Assembly (NCBI GenBank): GCA_003598055.1
Contig: QZKI01000026.1
Location: forward strand, 2,569 to 66,568
Direction of reading: 5' to 3'
DNA length: 64,000 nucleotides
Source of the DNA: Candidatus Abyssobacteria bacterium SURF_17
Lineage (GTDB): Bacteria > Abyssobacteria > SURF-5
Shown here: positions 56,636 through 64,000 of the stretch, piece by piece
Layout: each line of letters begins with the position of its first letter
Position numbering within the stretch: the stretch's first letter is position 1
Program-made: the position numbers and the translations under genes
Notes under the pieces: generated by a model
Database searches by the model: none
What the model was told of the DNA's origin: nothing
What the model saw: only the letters and a program-made list of their open reading frames with translations

Positions 56636-57334
56636 CTATCTCCCGTTGCTCCTGAAAAGGGTCATCGCGAGCAGCTTGCGATAGATGAGGAATGAGTCGC
56701 GAATCACGTTGAAGTGAGAGCTCCTGTTGCCTTCCTCATAGATCGTCTGTATCGGCACCGAGACCGTCTTGAATCCGCCTTTGACGGCACGGGCCAAAAT
56801 CTCCATCTCCGTCTCATACCGACCGCCGCGGACCCTCATGAGTATATCTTCCACGAATCGGCGCGAATGTACGCGAAATCCGGACTGGGTGTCCGGCAGG
56901 TATTGTCCCAACAAGAGTCTGGCCAACGAAATCGTGAGAACGTTGCCAAACCGGCTTCTCCAGGGCACCTCGCCTTCTTCAAAGACCCGCGACCCAATGA
57001 CCAAGTCCGCGTCTTCATTCTGCATGGCCGTCCACAGTCGTTGTATCTCCTTCGGGTCGTGTTGACCGTCTCCGTCAACGGTCACAACGCCGGAAATACC
57101 TTCTGTTCTCAGCGCCTCCCGAAATCCCTCCAGAAGCGCGTGGCCTTTCCCCCGATTTTCAGGGAAGGAAATAAGGTGTAAAGGCAGACCTTCCAATGTT
57201 TTCTTCAAACCGTCGGTGCTGCCGTCGTCAACAACGATCACGTGGTTTAGCAAACCGAGAAGCTGCTTGAGGATGGGCATAGCCCTGCCGCCGATGTTAT
57301 AACAAGGAACAACCGCGGCAACGCTGTCGCGCAT
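56636..57334 (-). CDS. Glycosyltransferase family 2 (DPM1-like)
   Basis: VVPCYN, VDDGSTD, NRGKG, TVDGDGQH, DTQSGFR. Confidence 0.9.
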   Translation of the reverse strand: MRDSVAAVVPCYNIGGRAMPILKQLLGLLNHVIVVDDGSTDGLKKTLEGLPLHLISFPENRGKGHALLEGFREALRTEGISGVVTVDGDGQHDPKEIQRLWTAMQNEDADLVIGSRVFEEGEVPWRSRFGNVLTISLARLLLGQYLPDTQSGFRVHSRRFVEDILMRVRGGRYETEMEILARAVKGGFKTVSVPIQTIYEEGNRSSHFNVIRDSFLIYRKLLAMTLFRSNGR

Positions 57335-57726
57335 CTCCTTTTCCTCTGAACCCGTTCCTTGCGCCATCGCAGCACTCTCAATCTATGACCGCGTCAAAAG
57401 AACCACACAGAATGCATGCCGGGAACTCGACATCTTCAGGTGCGACAGTCTCCGCCGCATGCAATTCGTCAATCAACTTCTTCCCTCCACAGAGCGACGG
57501 ACTTGCCAAGGAGAGCGTTTCTGCTCGGGGAAATGCACCGGCGTGCACATGCTCCCTGGAACGGAATGCCACGAAAGCGTTGCCATACCGGGAGAGGATT
57601 TGCTTCTCGTGTGAGGCCAGAGGCATTCATCCGATGGGGTGATGACAGTGGTTCGGAAAATCGCAACAATCATGCCCCGCAATCTTCTGAACCCTTTTCT
57701 TGATTGCGCTCGTCGTGGCCGGTCCG

Positions 57727-58176
57727 CTATCTCCCCTGAACCTCCCATCGGTACCCAAAAGAATCCGGAGGAACCCTGACCTCATCAGGCTTCTGTCGGT
57801 TATAGACTTCGCTCGCCGTGCTAATCATCTGGGTGTCGTCTTCCAGAGACATCCACCCGTGGAAAACTCCCGGCGGCACCACAAGGAGGGCGGGATTGCG
57901 TTGCGTGATGACATGCGTCTCCATCTGTCCATACGTCGGGCTTTCCGGCCGGTCATCCTTCAGCGCGAATTTCGCTGAACCGTGGCTTATAAAGAACCAG
58001 TCCCAAAGCGCTTCATGCTTGTGAAACGCTCGTATAGTACCCCTCGCCATGTTTCCAACAAGGTAAACCTGGCCGAATTTTGTGAAGTGATCATCCGTTG
58101 CGCGGAGGATTTCTATCAGATAACCACGGTCATCCACATGAGCTACCAGGTTGATGAGTCTGACGCCTTGAATCAT
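57727..58176 (-). CDS. RmlC-like cupin (dTDP-4-dehydrorhamnose 3,5-epimerase family)
   Basis: DDRGYL.E, RAFHKH, D.RPESPTYG, VPPGVFHG. Confidence 0.85.
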   Translation of the reverse strand: MIQGVRLINLVAHVDDRGYLIEILRATDDHFTKFGQVYLVGNMARGTIRAFHKHEALWDWFFISHGSAKFALKDDRPESPTYGQMETHVITQRNPALLVVPPGVFHGWMSLEDDTQMISTASEVYNRQKPDEVRVPPDSFGYRWEVQGR

Positions 58177-58450
58177 CGCATTCCGCTCTTTCTCGGTGTG
58201 CACTCGCCAAACGCCTCTGTTTGATACTATCTATCATATCCTCCGCCCAAAAGTCAATTGTATCCAACGGGACAAATCATGTCTCGGCAAACCCTTGGCA
58301 AGTTTGAACCGTAAAGGCCTTAGGCGGATACGGAAAACAGTCTCCGGGGTGTTGCGTATGCAGGAAATGTGCGCCACTTGACATGCTGGGGGAGAGGCAG
58401 TTATATTTATTTCATCAAGCCAATGACCACCCGGCACGCGGGAGGACGTT

Positions 58451-58633
58451 GTGAGCGTTCCGTCGCTTGCATGGAGAGTGTTCCATTATTTCTCTTGGGC
58501 TTCGCGGGATGGTGCCCGCACGGCCAAATGCGGACAGCCGCCTCTCTGCACGGCTACCCATCGGAGAGCGAATGCCGGTATTGTTCGTAGAGCGGTGACA
58601 ATCACATTACTTGTGGAAGTCACAAACAAATGA
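58451..58633 (+). CDS. Possible small protein (60 aa), unknown
   Basis: GGAGGA RBS then GTG; stop overlaps the next ATG (ATGA); upstream TTGACA-18-TATATT at 58378. Confidence 0.3.
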   Translation: MSVPSLAWRVFHYFSWASRDGARTAKCGQPPLCTATHRRANAGIVRRAVTITLLVEVTNK

Positions 58634-58827
58634 AACGTTTCTATTACTCGGCACTGCACGACGGAAAGGAATGCGAAGGCGTCATCAGGGCGGATTCGAT
58701 TGATGAGGCAAAGAACAAGCTTCTGCTCGAAGGCTATGAAGAAATCACCTTGAGCATCCTCAGTTCGCTTGCCGGGGATTCCGAGGGGCAACTTCCTGAT
58801 GACTTTGCGCAACCACGCCGCTCCTAG
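58630..58827 (+). CDS. Small protein resembling the N-terminal domain of GspF/PilC
   Basis: FYYSALHDGKECEGVIRADSIDEAKNKLLLEGY pattern. Confidence 0.55.
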   Translation: MKRFYYSALHDGKECEGVIRADSIDEAKNKLLLEGYEEITLSILSSLAGDSEGQLPDDFAQPRRS

Positions 58828-58977
58828 CCGCCTTGCGCATGCATGCCGGAAAGCAACTGTTCACAATCCCTTGAGAGCCTTTCCCGCCGGCACGGCTGCC
58901 CTTCCACGTGACGAGCTAAACGCCGATTCCCCTTGAAATCCGGCTAGTAGCTTTGTCAACCTTGTTTTTCGGTTCCT

Positions 58978-59005
58978 GTAGGAGCGCAGCATGCAGCGCC
59001 CCTAC
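58978..59005. repeat. GTAG REP-like palindrome
   Basis: GTAGGAGCGCAGCATGCAGCGCCCCTAC. Confidence 0.7.
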
Positions 59006-59112
59006 TACAAAGGCGTGACGAATGCATCTGCGAAGCTGCACCATGTGGCAGGCTTCTTTTTGGCACAAGACAGGGGATTCCCTTCCGACTTTCGGCAATG
59101 GTCGAGAGAAAA

Positions 59113-61263
59113 TCACAGTTCCGACATCGCTGGCCTGTCCGCCTTACGTACGGAACATGGAATCGCGTTGTAAACGGGCATGCCCGTGAATGTGTCAAGC
59201 GTGCCCGTGTCGGTCAACAGGTTTACGTTTGTTCCTTGTATTCCATCAGGGCTTCCGGATTCCGGCTCGATAATCTTTCTGCCCCAGCCATGCCCGATGG
59301 AAATCACTCCTTGTCTTATGTCATCGGTCACCCTCGCTCGAACCCTGACAGTCCCGCGTTGAGTCGAAATCTCCAGTATCTCACCGTCTTGTACCGCGAG
59401 GGCCGCCGCATCCTCGGAGTTGATCCTCGCAAAATTGCCCGATTGCCTTGTGGTGAGACTCTTGAGGCCGCGCAAATTGGTATTCTTCGTGTAAGGCGAC
59501 CGTTCGCCACTGATGAGCAGATATGGAAACTCGGGTGTGGTTGATACGGCACACGCCCTGTCAAGCCTTTCGATAAACTCGCGAGGGGCAACCTCTATCC
59601 TGCGCGACCGCGTGCTCAGCCTGCGCAAGGTCGAGCCCCACGTTATGTCTCCTGCCTTTAGGCCGTGAGGATTCTCCATGAGCTCTTGAAACTTCACCTT
59701 GCCCAGTAATCCCAGAAGCATTTTGTAATAGTTCCTCGGGTTGAACGAATACCCTGCCCGCTTGCCTATCAGTCGCCCAACGTGTTCACTCATGCGGAAG
59801 AGAAAGTCAAGCATTCGTTGGTTCAATATCGGTATTCGCATCCTTCGGGACAGGTCGCGAAAGATTTCCCATTCGGCTCTGGCTTCGTCGGGCGGTTCCA
59901 TGACCTTGTGACTCCACTGGGCAAAGGGGTAGGGGAAATGGTCGGGAAACGTTACGTAGAGGTCATCTTTCTCGAGGAAGTTTGCCGCGGGCAATGCGAA
60001 GTGCGCTCGCTGTGCAGTCTCATTCATGCATACATCAATACTGACGAGGATGTCGAGCCGTGCGAGTGCCTCATCCAGTCTTTTTGAATCGGGAAAAACC
60101 AGCGAGGGATCGCCCGCATCGACAATCAACGCGCGAATCCTATCCGGCGAATCCGTCAGAATCTCATCCGCCAGCACCGACGCTGGATACGAGCCCGTTA
60201 TATAGGGGTAGGCCCCGACCCTTGACCTTCGCTTCTTACGACCCACGGCCATTCTTGAAAGCATGTCAAGATCAAGCACGCCCGGATTGAACAGCAGGCC
60301 ACCGGGCCTGTCAACATTGCCGGTTATCGCGTTCAATGCTTCAACCAGCCAGTATGTGAGCGTGCCGTGGTGCGAGGTGTTAATGCCGAGTTTGCAGACC
60401 GCGCACGCAGTCTTTGCTCCGGCAAATGTCTCCGCCACCCTGACAATCGTTTCTGCCGCCACTCCACAGATTGATTCGGCTGCTGCTGGAGTCATCGGCT
60501 TCCAACGTAGAAAAAACTCACCTCCGTCACAGTGCGCCTGCAAGAAGTCGGCATCGCACATTTTGTTCTCGATAATGTGCGAATATATGCCTTGCAGCAA
60601 AAAGAGGTCCGTGCCCGGCGTTACCTGAACATGAAGGTCGGCCATACGTGCCGTCTCAGTCCTCCGCGGGTCAACGACGATAAGTTTTCCACCACGCTTC
60701 TTGAGATGCTTGAGCGATGCGATGATGCCCGGATGGTCAAGCGAGACCATCGGATTGCTGCCGAACATCAGCAGGCATTCGGTGTGCTCGAGGTCCGGCT
60801 GACTCACGCAGAACTGCCTCCCATACATCTTTTCCATAACATAATACCGATTGGTAAACTCAAGCGTAAGAACGTTGTACATACGATCCGAGCCGAGTGC
60901 CCGGAGGAAACCGTCCGCCATCATATAGTTGATGGAAGAGGTCGGATTGCCGGCGCCATAGTACAGGCCCACCGCATGAGACCCATGACGCGAGATAATC
61001 TCATCGAGTCGCGTCGCAATTTTCTCAAGTGCGTCTGCCCACGTGATTCGATGCCATGTATCGCCCACCCGCTCGCGCGGAAAGCGAAGTCGAAGCGGGT
61101 CAGTTGGCATCTCCACACAGGCTAAACCCTTCGCACAGAGGAACCCTTGCGTGAGTGGATGCTCGGCATCGCCCTGAAACGCCACAATGCGATTATCCTC
61201 GATATCGACCGCCATGCCGCATGCGGCGAGACAAATCCCACAGTGCGTGTATCGCCTGACCAT
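59113..61263 (-). CDS. Molybdopterin (bis-MGD) oxidoreductase catalytic subunit with N-terminal [4Fe-4S]
   Basis: HCGICLAAC...LCAKG, GSNP, VVDPRRTETA, PGTD, GNVDRPGG, LPAANFLE, INSEDA, GHGWG, N.N.LT. Confidence 0.9.
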   Translation of the reverse strand: MVRRYTHCGICLAACGMAVDIEDNRIVAFQGDAEHPLTQGFLCAKGLACVEMPTDPLRLRFPRERVGDTWHRITWADALEKIATRLDEIISRHGSHAVGLYYGAGNPTSSINYMMADGFLRALGSDRMYNVLTLEFTNRYYVMEKMYGRQFCVSQPDLEHTECLLMFGSNPMVSLDHPGIIASLKHLKKRGGKLIVVDPRRTETARMADLHVQVTPGTDLFLLQGIYSHIIENKMCDADFLQAHCDGGEFFLRWKPMTPAAAESICGVAAETIVRVAETFAGAKTACAVCKLGINTSHHGTLTYWLVEALNAITGNVDRPGGLLFNPGVLDLDMLSRMAVGRKKRRSRVGAYPYITGSYPASVLADEILTDSPDRIRALIVDAGDPSLVFPDSKRLDEALARLDILVSIDVCMNETAQRAHFALPAANFLEKDDLYVTFPDHFPYPFAQWSHKVMEPPDEARAEWEIFRDLSRRMRIPILNQRMLDFLFRMSEHVGRLIGKRAGYSFNPRNYYKMLLGLLGKVKFQELMENPHGLKAGDITWGSTLRRLSTRSRRIEVAPREFIERLDRACAVSTTPEFPYLLISGERSPYTKNTNLRGLKSLTTRQSGNFARINSEDAAALAVQDGEILEISTQRGTVRVRARVTDDIRQGVISIGHGWGRKIIEPESGSPDGIQGTNVNLLTDTGTLDTFTGMPVYNAIPCSVRKADRPAMSEL

Positions 61264-62142
61264 CTATGCGTTCCTCCCTTTCTTCCTGGATTGTGGAATG
61301 TGCAGCCCCTTGGGAAGCTCCAAAAGATAAGAGTAAGCATCCTTGCGCTCAGGACCATGAATCATGTGGTAGTATTCGTGAATCAAATCCTGCACCTCGA
61401 GCCCCAGCCAACCTTTCGGCAAAAGCTCTTGCGGCAGGCACGGATCCTGGCCGATCAGTTCCGCAGCCTCACTGAAGAGCACAAAGACTTCAAGGAATGC
61501 CTCGCGAGAATCAGGAACCAAGCCGGCCCCGAGACGCTTGCGCAGTGTATGGATGCGCGATTTCATCCGCGTGCGCATCGTTGCGTATTTCCGGTTGAGT
61601 TTCGCAAGGGGCCAGATTTTCTGAACGGAACGGGCAAGCGGAGCCTCCCCCAATATCACGTTCTTCGTGAGCGCGATAATAACCATGCGGGCAATCAGTA
61701 GAGAAGCAGCAAGCGCGGATGCGGCCCGGGACGCGTCCCGGGGGACGACCCACAATCCTCCGGTCAACTGGCCAAAACCCATTTGCCGAAGCGCCTCGCG
61801 AAAGTCATCGCGCCGCTTGCGCATCCGCTCCGGGATATCGAAACTCACGAGTGTCCATGTGCCATCCCATGACTCGCGCGCCTCCACAATCGCATGTATG
61901 CGCATGAACCGCGCAGTGACATCCTCGGCTAGCGTCCTGCCAATAGGGCTGAGACAGTAGGCAACCCCTCTCCCACCCGTATGCTCGCGGACAAGTAAAC
62001 CAGCGCGTGCAAGTCTCGTGATGCACGCTCTGACGGAATTCCCGGATTTACCAAGAAGCTGCCCGAACTCGACCGCTTCTGCGAGCGGCATTCTCTCGGC
62101 TTGCGCGAACAGGAACAGGACGAATCTCTTTGTTGACTGCAT
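61264..62142 (-). CDS. PaaX family transcriptional regulator
   Basis: N-terminal wHTH (VRACITRL...GLL), WDG.W.LV.FDIPE..R..RD.FR..L...GFG, DPCLP.ELLP..W. Confidence 0.85.
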   Translation of the reverse strand: MQSTKRFVLFLFAQAERMPLAEAVEFGQLLGKSGNSVRACITRLARAGLLVREHTGGRGVAYCLSPIGRTLAEDVTARFMRIHAIVEARESWDGTWTLVSFDIPERMRKRRDDFREALRQMGFGQLTGGLWVVPRDASRAASALAASLLIARMVIIALTKNVILGEAPLARSVQKIWPLAKLNRKYATMRTRMKSRIHTLRKRLGAGLVPDSREAFLEVFVLFSEAAELIGQDPCLPQELLPKGWLGLEVQDLIHEYYHMIHGPERKDAYSYLLELPKGLHIPQSRKKGRNA

Positions 62143-62163
62143 GTCAGGTAGACTCGTTAATCA

Positions 62164-62223
62164 TTATGGTCGTTTTCAATACGACCGTAACAAAAATGTA
62201 TCATATCTCCGGCAATGTGTCAA
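62164..62223 (-). promoter_or_regulatory. Promoter for paaX-like operon with downstream inverted repeat
   Basis: Minus strand TTGACA(62223)-17-TACATT; TTATGGTCGT-N7-ACGACCGTAA at 62164-62190. Confidence 0.55.
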
Positions 62224-62406
62224 GACGAAACCACCATCCGCCTGCCGGCTCTATCGCCATGTGGTGCGCGAACCGCACTTTTTTGACCGTGAGCCGCTTG
62301 CTTTTTCACTCAAAACTGTGGTAGATTCATACCGCTGTTACCACGGATACGAAGTGCGCAAGACCCAACCCCACCTCCATGAGGACACACGAGGAGAGGC
62401 ATTGGC

Positions 62407-63786
62407 ATGCTGAAGCAGGAAGTCCTGATTGTCGAAGATGAAGATATACAGCGGCGTCAACTGGCTCGTGCGCTTCACCGCGACGACCGCAGCATCATCG
62501 AAGCCGGCTCGGGCGAGGAGGCGCTCAAACTGATTGCTGCACAGCGGTTCGACCTCGTCATCTCAGACCTCAAGATGCCCGGCATATCCGGCCTCGAATT
62601 GGTGAAGAGAATCAAGAACGCCTGCCCGCACACCTCACTCCTGCTCATCACCGCGCACGGCACGGTCGACTCGGCGATCGAAGCAATGAAGATAGGGGTG
62701 GAGGACTATCTCACCAAACCGTTCGGAAGCGAAGAGTTGAACCTCGTGGTCGACCGAATCTTTGAGAAGCGTGACCTGCTGGCAGAAAACATTCTGTTGA
62801 GGGAGCAGCTCGAATCGCAGTTCAGCTTCTCCAACATCATCAGCAAGAATCATGAGATGAAGAGGATTTTCAGGACAATCACGTCGATTGCGCCCACTGA
62901 CAGCACAATCCTGATTCAGGGGGAAACCGGCACCGGAAAAGAACTCATAGCCAAGGCGATCCACTTCAACAGCCCCCGGAGTGATAAACGGTTTGTCGCC
63001 GTCGATTGCGGCGCGCTTCCCGACACGTTACTCGAGACTGAATTGTTCGGTCATGAAAAGGGCGCCTTCACTAGCGCGGTTGTCCGAAGGATCGGAAAGC
63101 TGGAGTACGCCGACAGCGGCACGCTCTTTCTCGACGAGGTCAGCAACATGTCGGCCGCGACACAAGTGAAGCTGCTGCGAGCACTCGAAGAACGGCAAAT
63201 TTACCGCGTCGGCAAGAACGAACCCATTCGGGTGGACATCCGCCTCATCGCCGCCACGAACGCTGACCTCCGCAAACTCGTTAGCGAAGGAAAATTCAGG
63301 GATGACCTTTACTACCGTCTCGGGGTCATACCGATCACCATCCCACCGCTTCGCGACCGCCTCGAAGATGTTCCTCTGCTCGCCCGCCACTTTCTGAAAA
63401 TCTACCGGGACAGAACCGGAAAAGCTGTGAATGACATCACTCATGCGGCCATACGAAAACTCATGACCTACCTGTGGCCAGGCAACGTACGCGAACTCGA
63501 GAATGTCATCGAACGAGCCGTAGCTACTGTTGCCGGAAACTGCATAGACGCCGATGACCTCCTCGGAATCGGTAAGGCCGACACCCCGGCAAGTTCATCG
63601 ACCGAATTCCAGTCAGACGTATCGCTCTCGGAGAAACTCGCCGGGACTGAGAAAGATTACCTCGCAGACCTCCTCAAGCGGTTCGGTGGGAGAACCGACC
63701 TCGTCGCCGAGAAATCCGGGCTCAGCCTGAGAACCCTCCAGAGAAAGTTGAGAACACATCGCCTGAAATCTGACGATTTTAGGTAA
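62407..63786 (+). CDS. Sigma54-dependent response regulator (NtrC/AtoC family, REC-AAA+-HTH)
   Basis: VEDE, SDLKMPG, GETGTGKE, ELFGHEKGAFTSA, FLDE, WPGNVRELEN, Fis-type HTH; AGGAG RBS. Confidence 0.93.
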   Translation: MLKQEVLIVEDEDIQRRQLARALHRDDRSIIEAGSGEEALKLIAAQRFDLVISDLKMPGISGLELVKRIKNACPHTSLLLITAHGTVDSAIEAMKIGVEDYLTKPFGSEELNLVVDRIFEKRDLLAENILLREQLESQFSFSNIISKNHEMKRIFRTITSIAPTDSTILIQGETGTGKELIAKAIHFNSPRSDKRFVAVDCGALPDTLLETELFGHEKGAFTSAVVRRIGKLEYADSGTLFLDEVSNMSAATQVKLLRALEERQIYRVGKNEPIRVDIRLIAATNADLRKLVSEGKFRDDLYYRLGVIPITIPPLRDRLEDVPLLARHFLKIYRDRTGKAVNDITHAAIRKLMTYLWPGNVRELENVIERAVATVAGNCIDADDLLGIGKADTPASSSTEFQSDVSLSEKLAGTEKDYLADLLKRFGGRTDLVAEKSGLSLRTLQRKLRTHRLKSDDFR

Positions 63787-64000
63787 CATGAATCCGCAGT
63801 GAACTCACCGGATATCATCGACGCCATTTCTGTCGTCATCACCGCAACTGGAGTCCTTCCTAACTGATTTAGTAGCAGTGTCTTAAAGCAAATCAGGCCT
63901 ATTTTGACGCCATTTCTGTCGTAGAAATCTCCTCTGGATTTCAGCCTGACCAATCATCCACGCGACGTTGTATCCATTTACAAAGTATAGACTTATGACT

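Noticed and set aside
57378-57726. Possible small ORFs or acyl-carrier-like remnant between the cupin and GT2
   Set aside because: No DSL motif, no RBS, and three competing frames with no convincing protein features
61500-61900. Cas2-like segment (LVSFDIPE...R...FR..L...GF) suggesting CRISPR
   Set aside because: It is the known central domain of PaaX; no cas genes or repeat-spacer array were found

Overview
A 64-kb window of a bacterial chromosome with roughly mid-50s % GC (estimated by eye). OmpA lipoproteins suggest a diderm cell, and corrinoid and Fe-S enzymes suggest an anaerobic or facultative lifestyle; the taxon cannot be fixed from sequence alone. No rRNA, tRNA, CRISPR array, prophage or transposase was found. 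Blocks from left to right: (1) 1-16 kb, a TetR-flanked catabolic island with lutAB, a corrinoid protein and an AcsE-like methyltransferase facing GH51, ribokinase, GH2, three URO-D/MtaA-like proteins, two Gfo/Idh/MocA dehydrogenases and an amidohydrolase; (2) 16-29 kb, accessory genes (membrane spermidine-synthase-like protein, DacA-YbbR fusion, OYE plus CMD, DUF2339/DUF3999, a PadR operon, a double-OmpA lipoprotein); (3) 29-37 kb, housekeeping xseA-xseB-ispA-dxs-mfd; (4) 37-52 kb, lipid-inclusion-type genes (ArsA/Get3-HSP20, acyltransferase with a long disordered N-terminus, orphan ParA, SDR, PhaR-phasin fusion, phasin; no phaC seen) interleaved with a hybrid kinase and an APH-like protein; (5) 50-56 kb, an M20/TPP/aminotransferase/sphingosine-1-phosphate-lyase-like operon; (6) 56-64 kb, GT2, RmlC-like cupin, two small ORFs, PaaX plus a molybdopterin enzyme, and an NtrC-type regulator. 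A family of GTAG-type REP palindromes is scattered through the intergenic spaces. The two best candidates for undescribed systems are a ParA-positioned lipid-body acyltransferase module and a B12-dependent route for demethylating O-methyl sugars; both are inferences from motifs and gene context.
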